In this document: piece by piece, positions 38,423 to 47,360 of the stretch | How the letters are laid out: the number at the start of each line of letters is the position of its first letter | How positions within the stretch are numbered: the stretch's first letter is position 1 | Assembly: GCA_016209225.1 (NCBI GenBank) | Contig: JACQWO010000025.1 | Location: forward strand, 14,548 to 78,547 | Direction: 5' to 3' | Source: Desulfobacterales bacterium | GTDB lineage: Bacteria; Desulfobacterota; UBA8473 | Length of the DNA stretch: 64,000 nucleotides | The notes under the pieces: generated by a model | The model's database searches: none | The model's input: the letters and a program-made list of their open reading frames with translations, nothing else | What the model was told of the DNA's origin: nothing | Program-made: the position numbers and the translations under genes

Positions 38423-38836
38423 TTAATTGTGTACAGGGGATGGAGGTAATTTCAAAGTTCTTTCCATTGCGGCCCTGGCATGATCGGCTAATGATATTGG
38501 GTTCTCTTTTGAACCGATTATCATACCTATCCGTTCTACCTCCAGCCCGATGCTTGCAATGATTGCCCTGGTCTTCTCCACCCGCTTTTTTGCCCTTTTA
38601 TTTCCTTCAGAATATCTACATACCCCTTCAGGGCATGTAATTATAAAGACAACGTCAGCAAATTCCTCCAGCGCCAGCAGCAGATGAATAGGTTCCAGCC
38701 TTCCACTGCAAGGAACAGTAAAAAGCCTTATGCCTCTCCCATACTTCTCCTCCAAATCCTGTCTTTCCCTTTCGCCACTTGCGGGAACATTCTGACAATA
38801 ATAAAGAGCAAGTGTCCGTTTCTGTTCGCTGGTCAT
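38423..38836 (-). CDS. mvhD: MvhD-like [2Fe-2S] subunit
   Basis: YYC, VPCSGR, CPEGVCRYSEGN, IGLEVERI. Confidence 0.8.
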   Translation of the reverse strand: MTSEQKRTLALYYCQNVPASGERERQDLEEKYGRGIRLFTVPCSGRLEPIHLLLALEEFADVVFIITCPEGVCRYSEGNKRAKKRVEKTRAIIASIGLEVERIGMIIGSKENPISLADHARAAMERTLKLPPSPVHN

Positions 38837-38855
38837 TTGTAATAAACCCCTTTCA

Positions 38856-39007
38856 GTGACTGCTTAGGTTGTTTAGACTGTAGGCTGTTAGTCTACAGTC
38901 TACAGGCTACAGGCTAACAGTCTACAGGCTACAGGCTATCCGTTCAGGTCGCACATGATTTCCTCCCACAGGCTAACTGCCTACAGCCTAAACACCCGAG
39001 TAGTTAC
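38856..39007. repeat. MITE-like palindromic element with CTACAGG/CTACAGT heptamers
   Basis: GTGACTGCTTAGGTTGTTTAGACTG...CAGCCTAAACACCCGAGTAGTTAC. Confidence 0.6.
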
Positions 39008-39019
39008 CATCCTGAACCC

Positions 39020-39054
39020 AAAAAAAAAGGTGCCCTCTTTGATCAGACACCTTT
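39020..39054 (-). terminator. Intrinsic terminator in the leader of the mvhD-metVF-glt operon
   Basis: AAAGGTGTC...GGCACCTTT stem running into a T9 tract on the minus strand. Confidence 0.8.
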
Positions 39055-39091
39055 GTCCCTTTTTAGTATTACAGTACCCCATCGTACTGTA
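39046..39091 (-). promoter_or_regulatory. ANTAR-type dual hexaloop hairpin antitermination motif
   Basis: P1 TACAGTAC-GATGGG-GTACTGTA, 12-nt linker, P2 GAC-AAAGGT-GTC overlapping the terminator 5' arm. Confidence 0.7.
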
Positions 39092-39166
39092 CTAACTTTT
39101 CACTGCGCTAAAGTTCCCATAGTATTTGGGCAATAGCCTTTGTCATCTTTTACGAGTTTTTTGACA

Positions 39167-39361
39167 TTAGACTTTATAATAAAGTAATTCTAATATCCTG
39201 GCAGTCTCAAGTTGATTGCCTTTGTTTTTCTCCATTACTTTTTCTGCCAGAGGCCTTCCCAAAACTTCTTGAATAAAGGTATACAAGTCCTTGTCTGTCC
39301 TGCTCAAAAAAAAGTCTTCGACTATTTTTACCGCCTGTTCTTGAATATTCAAGCTTTCCAA
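39167..39361 (-). pseudogene. Fis-type HTH fragment
   Basis: LAEKVMEKNKGNQLETARILEL. Confidence 0.5.
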
Positions 39362-39598
39362 AATTCTACAACCTTCCGTTATTCCCTACCCCCCTAAAAC
39401 AAATTTAAGGAACTTTCCACAAGAAGGGTGGAATTAGCGTTTAGGGTTAAATTAATATGAAATATGTTAAATATTGCTTAACTTAATCCTTGTTTAGAAA
39501 AATAAATAAATCGCTTATGCTTTAGCAATGATTAATATTTTAATCATGCTTAAATTAAATGTCAAGATAAAAATTGCGCCCAATAAAAATATTTACAT

Positions 39599-39623
39599 AC
39601 TAATTAAGCACTGCTTAATTAGT
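39599..39623. promoter_or_regulatory. Perfect 25-bp palindrome, probable operator
   Basis: ACTAATTAAGCA-C-TGCTTAATTAGT; degenerate TTAAGCAnTGCTTAA copies at about 39467, 39521 and 39540. Confidence 0.65.
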
Positions 39624-39760
39624 TGAATTTGCAAAACTTATGAATTAAATTATTAAAAACAAATTGTTTTGACTTTTCCCTGTATTTAGTTACACTGAAT
39701 AAATTAATAAAAGAACCTTAGAAAAGTATCCCTTTTTAGCTTAAGCATCCATTTTTTGAG

Positions 39761-40846
39761 GTGGGTCTTATGAAAGAATTTTATAGCAGCGGAATTCCGT
39801 ATTTAGATGATCTCATGGGAGGGGTTTTACTTGGGGATAATGTAGTTTGGGTATTGGGGCCAGGGACGTATTATGATTATTTTTTGGAATGTTTTTTGAC
39901 TGTAAGGGAGGATAACCCTTTCAAGAATATCTATGTGAGCTTTGATTTCCCTCCTCAAAAGATATACACACGTTATAAGGAGTTTTTCGATAAAGAGGAT
40001 TTTATACTTGTGGATGCCTTTACATTCGGAAAGGCAAAGGGCGATGAGTTCTTTCAATCCTTTTACAAAAGTGAAACTACCGGATCCGAGTCGTTTCGTG
40101 TACACTGCATAAAAGACCTGTCTGACCCTATCGAATTTATAAAAGTCATTCGTGAATTGCAAAATGAATTTAAAGAGGGTAGCTTGTGTAAATATGCCTT
40201 TGATAGCCTGACGGGAATGCAAGAACTATGGGGTGAAAAAGAGACCCTTCATTTCTTTACATATACCTGTCCCAAACTTTTTGAGCTAAAGGCATTGGCT
40301 TACTGGCCCCTGGCTAAGGATGCTCATTCTAAAGCGTTCTTGGCAAATATAAGCCATATAACCCAATTGGTAATTCATTTAGATTCTCAGGGAGACAGTA
40401 CCTGTACGGCAGGATTTTTAAAGATGGATGGCAGGCCTTCTCAGTTGTTGAACGGCGTTCATTACTATAATTTTCAAGACAATGAGATAAATTTTCTAGA
40501 ACCCTCTGAACAGGCAGATGAACGAAGATTTAAAACATATGGATTGTCTTATCAAGGGAGAGATTCGGAAAGAATTCCGAGTTTTTTACGCAATAAAGAC
40601 CGGATAAATATAGGAGGCCGTATCAAGGATTTTCGACTGAAAAAAAACATTTCACAGGTAGAATTAGCCAGAATATTGGATATTACACCAAGTGCGTTAT
40701 CTCAAATAGAGAGCAATCAGAGCCTTCCATCACTTAAACTCTTCGTGGATATTGCCCGATGTCTTGAAAAATCCCTGGATTCTTTCTTTATCGATTCTCA
40801 TGCTCCCCTTAAAAATCAAAGGCAAAACAGAAGAGAACGAGGGTAG
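39761..40846 (+). CDS. KaiC/RecA-like domain plus XRE HTH transcriptional regulator
   Basis: SSGIPYLDDLMGG..GDNVVW, FDSLT; C-terminal ISQVELARILDITPSALSQIES. Confidence 0.8.
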   Translation: MGLMKEFYSSGIPYLDDLMGGVLLGDNVVWVLGPGTYYDYFLECFLTVREDNPFKNIYVSFDFPPQKIYTRYKEFFDKEDFILVDAFTFGKAKGDEFFQSFYKSETTGSESFRVHCIKDLSDPIEFIKVIRELQNEFKEGSLCKYAFDSLTGMQELWGEKETLHFFTYTCPKLFELKALAYWPLAKDAHSKAFLANISHITQLVIHLDSQGDSTCTAGFLKMDGRPSQLLNGVHYYNFQDNEINFLEPSEQADERRFKTYGLSYQGRDSERIPSFLRNKDRINIGGRIKDFRLKKNISQVELARILDITPSALSQIESNQSLPSLKLFVDIARCLEKSLDSFFIDSHAPLKNQRQNRRERG

Positions 40847-40859
40847 GTTCTTAGTGTTC

Positions 40860-42053
40860 TCAGTACATCTCGTATTTAACCAGCCTGCCGTCAAGCCCGC
40901 CGGCTTTGATCGGTTTTTTCCATGATGCTTTAAGCCCGATTTTTTTGATATACTTCCGTTCTCCGAAATAAACAAAAGCGGCCGAGCCTTTGCATTTCTG
41001 TTTCAGAAAATCGCCGAGATTTTTATAAAACATTTCAAGGTTCTCATTTCCCCCCATCCGAATGCCATAAGACGGATTGGTCACAATTACATGCTCTTCA
41101 AGGGCAGGCAGCTTTCTGAAGTCCGCCCTTTCAACGCTTACGTTATTTCCGAAATGGAGCCCCATCAGGTTTGTCCTCGACGCCCTAACAGCCTCCGCGG
41201 ACACATCACTACCTGCAATCAGCCCTTTCGGGAGTTCCCGGATGTGTCCGTCGGCCTCTTTTTTTACCTGCTTCCAGACAGCGCCATCAAAGTCGGGCAG
41301 AAATTCAAAACCGAATTGATTCCTGAAAACACCCGCAGGAATATTGCTATACCGCATGAGCGCTTCACACAAAAGGGTTCCCGAACCGCACAAAGGATCA
41401 TATAAAGGAACAGAACCGTCCCATTCGCTGAATCGAATAATCGCGGCGGCGACGGTTTCCTGCATCGGTGCCGAAACGGTCTCTTCTCTGTATCCTCTCC
41501 GGTGAAGCGCGCCGCCTGAGGTATCGAGGCTTATCACTGCCTCATTGTTCCTGATATGAAGGTTCAGCAGGATATCCGGATTCCTTACCGACACATTTGG
41601 ACGCCGACCGGTTTTTTCTTTAAAATAGTCTGCAACCGCATCTTTAAGTCGGAGGGCAGCGTACTTTGAATGCGAAATCGAACTGTTGGAAACATTCCCC
41701 GATACGGCAAAGGTATTGCCTTTTGCAAAAAAATCTTCCCAGGAGATTTGTTTGGCCTTCTGATACAGAGTATCGGGATCATGACAAGGGTATGATATTA
41801 ACGGCGCCAGGCACCGTGAAAGAAGCCTGGTCAAATAATTAATTCGATACAGGGTTGATTTGTCCGCCCTGAAATGAATTCCGCTGAATTCCGGCCTTAC
41901 ATCTTCAGCGCCGAGTTCAGCAAGTTCCTCCGCACCGGCTTCTTTTAAACCGTCGGCTATCTGGGCAAAATAACGGCAATCCTTCTGATACTGATATACC
42001 GCCGTTTGCCGCTTTTCTCTTCTAAGGCATTTGACCCTATCGGCTGATGCCAT
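40860..42053 (-). CDS. THUMP-domain RNA methyltransferase (RlmL-like)
   Basis: LDTSGGALHRRGYR, APMQETVAAA, DPLCGSGT, VTNPSYG. Confidence 0.88.
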   Translation of the reverse strand: MASADRVKCLRREKRQTAVYQYQKDCRYFAQIADGLKEAGAEELAELGAEDVRPEFSGIHFRADKSTLYRINYLTRLLSRCLAPLISYPCHDPDTLYQKAKQISWEDFFAKGNTFAVSGNVSNSSISHSKYAALRLKDAVADYFKEKTGRRPNVSVRNPDILLNLHIRNNEAVISLDTSGGALHRRGYREETVSAPMQETVAAAIIRFSEWDGSVPLYDPLCGSGTLLCEALMRYSNIPAGVFRNQFGFEFLPDFDGAVWKQVKKEADGHIRELPKGLIAGSDVSAEAVRASRTNLMGLHFGNNVSVERADFRKLPALEEHVIVTNPSYGIRMGGNENLEMFYKNLGDFLKQKCKGSAAFVYFGERKYIKKIGLKASWKKPIKAGGLDGRLVKYEMY

Positions 42054-42317
42054 TTATCACCGCTTTCGTTTCAATCGGAGCAGGAAAGAACGGTCGAGAT
42101 ATTGCTTGACCATTTCAAACCTTTTGCAGTATTAGTTGTAACACGCCTGAATGAACTCTTTCGTTGCCGCATCAGGGTATATTGCAAGAGTTTGGGTATA
42201 AAATCAACTGAATTGTGCGTAAGTCCGTTCTTTGGTGGGAAGAATGCGAGCGCGCAGCCGGAGGAAAATTTTTACGGGTATTGATGTTGGGTAAACAGGA
42301 AGGGGGAGGCCTGCAAA

Positions 42318-42593
42318 ATGGATACGGATTATAAAAGCAGAACCCGGAAAAAAAATGAAGACAAGGCACTACAGCGCCTGGGCGAACAGTTGGTCGCCCT
42401 GCCGTTAGGCCAGCTTGAGACCATGGGGCTGCCGGATGAGCTTCTGACTGCCATCGAATTAGCACGCAGAATAAGGAGCCATAGCGCCAAGCGCAGGCAG
42501 ATTCAGTACATCGGCGTCCTCATGCGGCATATCGACCCGCAACCCATCGAAACCGCCCTCGATCGCATCCGGTCAGGAAACTTACGGAAATAA
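42318..42593 (+). CDS. DarP/YjgA (DUF615) family protein, short form
   Basis: KSRTRKK...ALQRLGEQLV...KRRQIQYIGVLMR; N-terminal half only. Confidence 0.75.
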   Translation: MDTDYKSRTRKKNEDKALQRLGEQLVALPLGQLETMGLPDELLTAIELARRIRSHSAKRRQIQYIGVLMRHIDPQPIETALDRIRSGNLRK

Positions 42594-42768
42594 CCCGGCG
42601 CCCGCCGAAAACGCGGAATTTTAACCCCGTACCCTTATAACGGTGCAATTTTCGGGTTAACTCTGCCTTCAGTGGCCCAATATCCGAGATAAGCCGCCGC
42701 GCGGCGGGAACAAGGTCGAATGCAACGTGTGTGGTCAGGGGATTCATTTGCTTCAGCGCATCGGCTGG

Positions 42769-43839
42769 TTATTCATTCAGTTTCACATTGCCGAGAAACA
42801 CGATAAACTTCTTGAGCAGATCTCTGTCGAAGCATCGTCTCATGCCCATATCGCGATCATCCTGCTTCGGATCCTCATCCTCTTCTTTATCTTCAGGCAT
42901 TCCGATCATGATCTGCGCTGCCTTCATGGGGGGCATGGGATCTTTGTAGGACCGGCGGGACGTCATGGCGTCAAACACGTCGATAATCCTCAATACACGG
43001 GCCAAGATGTTTATGTTCTGTCCTTCCAGGCTCATGGGATATCCTCCACCTTCGAAATCCTCATGATGATGCAACACCGCTTTTTTCACGAACGTGGGGA
43101 TTTCCGTATCGATAAGCATCGCCATACCGTTGAGCGGATGGCGTTTCATGATTTCCCACTCTACCTCGTTGAGGGGTTCGTTTTTTGTGAGTATATCTTG
43201 CGAAACAAAGGCTTTGCCGATGTCGTGCAGCAGGGCACCGATGCCGCATTGTTTCATCATATCCATTCTCCGGGTTTCATCGAGTAGCTGATACCCCGGC
43301 TCGATCTGTTCCATGATGTACGGGTTAAGTTGGAGAAACGCCACGGTAAACCAGAGGACCTTGGTTGAATGTTCATATGTCCGGTAGTCATGGCCGATCA
43401 TTTTCGCCAGCGCCTGAAGGGATTTTGCTTCCTTTATGAATATCAGGGCATTTTCAATAAATTGCTGCGTCCGCTGGATAGCTGCGGTGCCCATAGTGCC
43501 CAGCCCGTAGGACGTTTCAAAGGCTACCTTGAGGACATTGGTGGAAACTTTACTGAATACCTCTGCTTTATGGTCGTCCGCCATCGATTGATTACCCAGG
43601 ATATTCCCCAGATTGCTCTCAAGATAAAGTTCGTATTTGAACTGTTCTTCGAGGGCGATAAATACCTCGATGGTTCCGCTCTCGGAAAGTTTGGCGAGTT
43701 GTTCTGTAGTGACTTTTTTGCCTTCCAACGCCCAGAGGACATGTTTCCCCTGCGGCGTGACGACATAAATTCTAAAATCTGGTAAGGCCCCTGGTATAAT
43801 CGCACCAGGTGGGACGGCTATGTACCTGCTGTCTGTCAT
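42769..43839 (-). CDS. HD-GYP phosphodiesterase
   Basis: LLHDIGK, HHEDFEGGGYP, DVFDAMTSRRSYK. Confidence 0.9.
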   Translation of the reverse strand: MTDSRYIAVPPGAIIPGALPDFRIYVVTPQGKHVLWALEGKKVTTEQLAKLSESGTIEVFIALEEQFKYELYLESNLGNILGNQSMADDHKAEVFSKVSTNVLKVAFETSYGLGTMGTAAIQRTQQFIENALIFIKEAKSLQALAKMIGHDYRTYEHSTKVLWFTVAFLQLNPYIMEQIEPGYQLLDETRRMDMMKQCGIGALLHDIGKAFVSQDILTKNEPLNEVEWEIMKRHPLNGMAMLIDTEIPTFVKKAVLHHHEDFEGGGYPMSLEGQNINILARVLRIIDVFDAMTSRRSYKDPMPPMKAAQIMIGMPEDKEEDEDPKQDDRDMGMRRCFDRDLLKKFIVFLGNVKLNE

Positions 43840-43971
43840 CCGATATGCTCTCTACTGTTCGATTTTCTCCCGCGTAAAAGGAGCCGGTTATATTAGCTCA
43901 ATAATTTGGTAACTTTTTGGAGTTTATCAAAAGGTGTTTCATAATTCAACCCTCCACGACAGGATTAAATT

Positions 43972-44383
43972 CTATGTACCTTGCAGCAACCGGAAGATAG
44001 GTTTCATCCAATAGGGCATGATGAAAACCTCCCCTGCCAAAGATAACCGCCATCCCTTGAGAAAGTTTATGTATCGGGTATATCGGTGTGCCTCTCCAAT
44101 TGCCCTTCTCAAGTCATCTTCCGAAGCCGGAATGGCAATAAGATGAACGTGGTTGGGCATCAGGCAGTAAGCCCATATCTCCACATTACACCGTTTGCAC
44201 CATTCAGACATGAGGGCTATATATTCCCTGTAATCTTCCTCTCTGAAAAAGGTCCGCTGTCTTCGATTGCCACGTTGTGTTATATGGTGGGGAAGCCCAG
44301 GTGAAACTACACGACCTATTCTCGCCATAGTCAAATAATACTATCGCAAATCTCTCTTGTCAATAATTAGGTATTGAGTCCCC
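43972..44383 (-). pseudogene. Truncated Y1-HUH (RAYT-like) element 3 with intact left end and promoter
   Basis: ATG at 44328, HHITQRGN, MPNHVHL, then frameshift; left end GGGGACTC (44376-44383); TTGACA-17-TATTAT-6 nt-ATG. Confidence 0.85.
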
Positions 44384-44442
44384 GGAATTCTGTTAAGGAC
44401 CGAGTCCCGAGATCGGATACAGTTCCCGGATCAATCCGTGCT

Positions 44443-44556
44443 TTACGAAGTTTTTTTCGGTTGATTATCCGACTTCTTTTTATCCTTTTGATCCTGTTTG
44501 CTTTTTTTCTGTTTTTGACTCTTGTCCTTATCCTTCTTTCCGCCTTTGTCTCCCAT
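44443..44556 (-). CDS. 37-aa Lys-rich cassette peptide
   Basis: MGDKGGKKDKDKSQKQKKSKQDQKDKKKSDNQPKKTS with AAGGAG RBS; the cassette begins A|TTATAC at about 44690. Confidence 0.6.
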   Translation of the reverse strand: MGDKGGKKDKDKSQKQKKSKQDQKDKKKSDNQPKKTS

Positions 44557-44690
44557 TGTGCACTCCTTTCCTTTTATCAATCCCGTTCTTGCCGCAAAGG
44601 GCGCTCTGTCGTAAGTTATAGCTTTTCGTGTCTTCATTGACCTTTCGGTCAATTATACTACACACTGAAATAATGTTTTATAATGTATAA

Positions 44691-44796
44691 TGCGGCGCTG
44701 AGCGGTGTCCCGAAGGGACATCCGTCTCCTGTGCCTGGTTCTCCCTGAGAGAAGCGGAGGGCAGGCACAACCGCTCAGCGCCGCATTCCCCCTGAG
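44691..44796 (-). mobile_element. Gene-less attC mini-cassette, copy A (5'-truncated)
   Basis: Near-identical to copies B and C. Confidence 0.8.
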
Positions 44797-44881
44797 GGTT
44801 GAGCCGCCGAGTTTACGAGGTAGGCTCCACCCTCTTGTTGGGCCGGAGCGCTAGCGATCGGCTGTATTGATTTGTTATGCC
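44797..44881 (-). other. Two fused partial attC sites
   Basis: GCATAAC-aaatcaatacagccg... joined to GCCCAAC-aagagggtggagcc...ggctcaaccc. Confidence 0.65.
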
Positions 44882-45048
44882 AATTCTTTTATTATATGCT
44901 TTGCAAGGTTCTCATCAATCTCGCCATGTCTTGGAACAGGTTGTTTCTTGCCTGTTTTAGGATTCGCATAAAGATCGTGGCGGCCGCCGTGCCTCACAAG
45001 CACACACCCTACAGACAATATTCTCTTCAGCAATTCTTTTCTTTTCAT
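44875..45048 (-). CDS. hicA: HicA toxin
   Basis: MKRKELLKRILSVGCVLVRHGGRHDLYANPKTGKKQPVPRHGEIDENLAKHIIKELA; stop codon inside R''. Confidence 0.88.
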   Translation of the reverse strand: MKRKELLKRILSVGCVLVRHGGRHDLYANPKTGKKQPVPRHGEIDENLAKHIIKELA

Positions 45049-45242
45049 ACATTTATGGCAAGTTCTTTGATTTCGTGCTGCTCCGGGACATCTTCCAGTG
45101 TCATCATCGCGTAAGCGTCCTTCATGTTATCTTCAAGTTCTTCCAACGTCCCGCCTTGCGTCATTATTTCTGGATGTTCTAGGAGTTTCCCCACCCAAAA
45201 CTTTTCGCCTTTCCAATAGATCATTTTTAGCTTTGTTTCCAT
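45045..45242 (-). CDS. hicB: HicB-like antitoxin
   Basis: MTQGGTLEELEDNMKDA; ATGA overlap with hicA. Confidence 0.85.
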   Translation of the reverse strand: METKLKMIYWKGEKFWVGKLLEHPEIMTQGGTLEELEDNMKDAYAMMTLEDVPEQHEIKELAINV

Positions 45243-45331
45243 GCTGCAACCTCCTAAGCTTGGTATTTCTTTATCAATATAATATCACATGAAGTGAGGA
45301 TAGGAAATATCTTTTATAATCCTTGCCCAAC

Positions 45332-46253
45332 GAGTCTGTAGAAAAAGTCCTTTTACAGGGGAGTAGTTTCCTGACCAAGACCGATTTTTTTTAGACTTTT
45401 AACTTAGCATAGACGATGCATTTTCCCGGCGGAGCATTATTGCCCTTCCTTCAATCTGTGAAGATATCGAGTGGCGTTGCTTTGTTAAGCTTCATCCCTG
45501 CTTTATCCGGTCTTCATCCTTTGGGTATATCAGGCAAATCCCAAACCATACCTGTGTATCTTCTTCACATTGTGAATAATACAGAACAGATTCCACTGCA
45601 TGTTTACCTTTTTTTTACCCCGCAATGTGAAACGGTTAAGGCCAATAGCTGATGCGATATGGTCAAACGGCGGCTCACTTATTGCCGGCCGCATCCCGTA
45701 AAGAACTCTACCTGAAGCAGAGTCAATCTTCCGCTTCATTCTCTCTGTAAAGGTAATCTCGCCTTTTGCCGACCTTCCCACAAAATAAGCAACCTGCCGT
45801 ATCTCTGTACGCTCCGGATACCGCAGGCATTGGGAACGAAGGGCACATGGAAGGCAGACCGACTTGGGTCCCTTAAACTTATATGCCCGAAAGTTCTTCA
45901 CTACAACGTTGGCGCCGCTGCGGTAGAGTCGTTTACCTGCCGGGCATAAACAATAACGCAACTCTTTGTCAAAGATGAAGTCTTTGGTACTAAAAAGTGG
46001 AGTGTGTCCCTTCCGACCAGCTCGTTATCGATGAGATGATTCAGAGAGTATTCAAAGGTGCAGGGAAGGATTTGTTTCTCGAAATGGATGGGGATGAATT
46101 TACCTTGTTCGTATGAATAGGGTTTGTAACGTGCCATGCAACACCTCGGTAAATGGTTAAGCGGTTACCAACTCCAATGTTGCAGCAATATTACAATAAA
46201 ATGCTCATGGTTACAATCATTTTACCTCTATATCACCCTTTTCCTACAGATTC
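45332..46253 (-). mobile_element. Internally deleted IS1182-family element inserted in an attC core
   Basis: Inverted ends GAGTCTGTAGAAAAAG / CTTTTCCTACAGATTC; AAC duplication; transposase N-term (MARYKPY) and C-term (CPAGK..EPPF..RFTLRGKKKV) fragments. Confidence 0.85.
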
Positions 46254-46255
46254 AA

Positions 46256-46378
46256 CGCGGCGCTGAGCGGTGTCCCGAAGGGACATCCGTCTTCCTGTGC
46301 CTGGTTCTCCCGGAGCGAAGCGGAGGGCAGGCACAACCGCTCAGCGCCGCGTTCCCCCTGAGCGAAGCGAAGGGGGAA
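46256..46378 (-). mobile_element. Gene-less attC mini-cassette, copy B (123 bp, AAC/GTT variant)
   Basis: Starts at the TT of the mazEF attC crossover and ends G|TT. Confidence 0.85.
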
Positions 46379-46443
46379 TGATAAAGTCACCTGCCAGTGT
46401 GAAGCGTAGCGAAACACCGGTCAGGTGGACTGACAGGTTGGGC
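46379..46443 (-). other. attC of the mazEF cassette
   Basis: GCCCAAC-ctgtc-AGTCCACCTG...CAGGTGACT-ttatc-A|TT. Confidence 0.8.
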
Positions 46444-46447
46444 GGGC

Positions 46448-46777
46448 TCAAAATGCAAATAGCCGTTGTAAGAGAGAAATAACCTCCAACTGAGTTTCTG
46501 AATCAATAGAACCAAGCTTTTTTATGAGTCGTGTTTTATCTATTGTTCGAATCTGATCCAAGACGATTTGCCCTTTTTTCTTTTTAAATTTGCATGATAT
46601 CCTTGTGGGATAGTCCTTGCCGGCAGTAGTCATCGGGGCAACTATAACGGTGCGGATATGCCGGTTCATTTCATCTGGCGAAATAATCACGCAAGGTCGC
46701 GTTTTCTGTATTTCAGAACCAACAGTAGGATCAAGATTGATCAAATACACATCGAATCGATTCACTACCATTGCCAT
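46448..46777 (-). CDS. mazF: MazF/PemK toxin
   Basis: LDPTVGSEIQKTRPCVIIS, LDQIRTIDKTRL. Confidence 0.93.
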   Translation of the reverse strand: MAMVVNRFDVYLINLDPTVGSEIQKTRPCVIISPDEMNRHIRTVIVAPMTTAGKDYPTRISCKFKKKKGQIVLDQIRTIDKTRLIKKLGSIDSETQLEVISLLQRLFAF

Positions 46778-47019
46778 TCCTCTTCATCCCAGGAATTTGA
46801 AATATTATCGTTTCCGTCTATCAATGTGTCATGACCGTTTTGAGCCATTGTTCTAAAAGCATTATCCCAACCTGGCCTTGGATTTGAGATCGGGCGAATA
46901 ATGATTTGGTTTTTCTCTACTTCAAGCTCAACGTCCTCGATAATTCCTGTTTGCTCAAGTATAGGTTTTGGAATACGGACACCTTGGGAATTGCCAATTT
47001 TTACAACACGTACTCTCAT
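46765..47019 (-). CDS. mazE: MazE/AbrB antitoxin
   Basis: VVKIGNSQGVRIPK. Confidence 0.92.
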   Translation of the reverse strand: MRVRVVKIGNSQGVRIPKPILEQTGIIEDVELEVEKNQIIIRPISNPRPGWDNAFRTMAQNGHDTLIDGNDNISNSWDEEEWQW

Positions 47020-47153
47020 GGTTTACCTCCTTGACTTGATAGGTGTCTACATTGTAATTACATCGGGATTGAATGTCAAGGATTTATTGTATTTTTCCCC
47101 AGTTTTTGCCGCCCAACGGGCAGCGAGATGAGCCGCCCCCCAACCGACCAAGC

Positions 47154-47225
47154 GGAGTAATTACTCAAAAATTTCCTCTTTACCTAAAAGAAATGGAATT
47201 TCGTTACAATAATAGGCATCGTTCG
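47154..47225 (+). pseudogene. IS1595-family transposase C-terminal relic, next to a half attC (47111-47140)
   Basis: GVITQKFPLYLKEMEFRYNNR. Confidence 0.65.
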
Positions 47226-47296
47226 ATATTTATGTTTAGCCATTCGGAATTCTCCTTATATTATTGTTAAGTAAAAATTGTAAAAATGAAAGCAAT

Positions 47297-47359
47297 GGGG
47301 ATCAAGTCTGCGTTTGACTCTTAATGGGAATATTCAAAGGTCAAACGTAGACCTGAGCC
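47297..47359. repeat. Short inverted-repeat element with a GGGG end (possible non-autonomous RAYT-type unit)
   Basis: GGATCAAGTCTGCGTTTGAC ... GTCAAACGTAGACCTGAGCC. Confidence 0.6.
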
Positions 47360-47360
47360 T

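Noticed and set aside
42769..43839. HD-GYP as a cGAMP-specific partner of the atypical GGDEF
   Set aside because: It keeps a conventional RxYK motif and lies 9 kb away across the cassette array; no evidence of linkage
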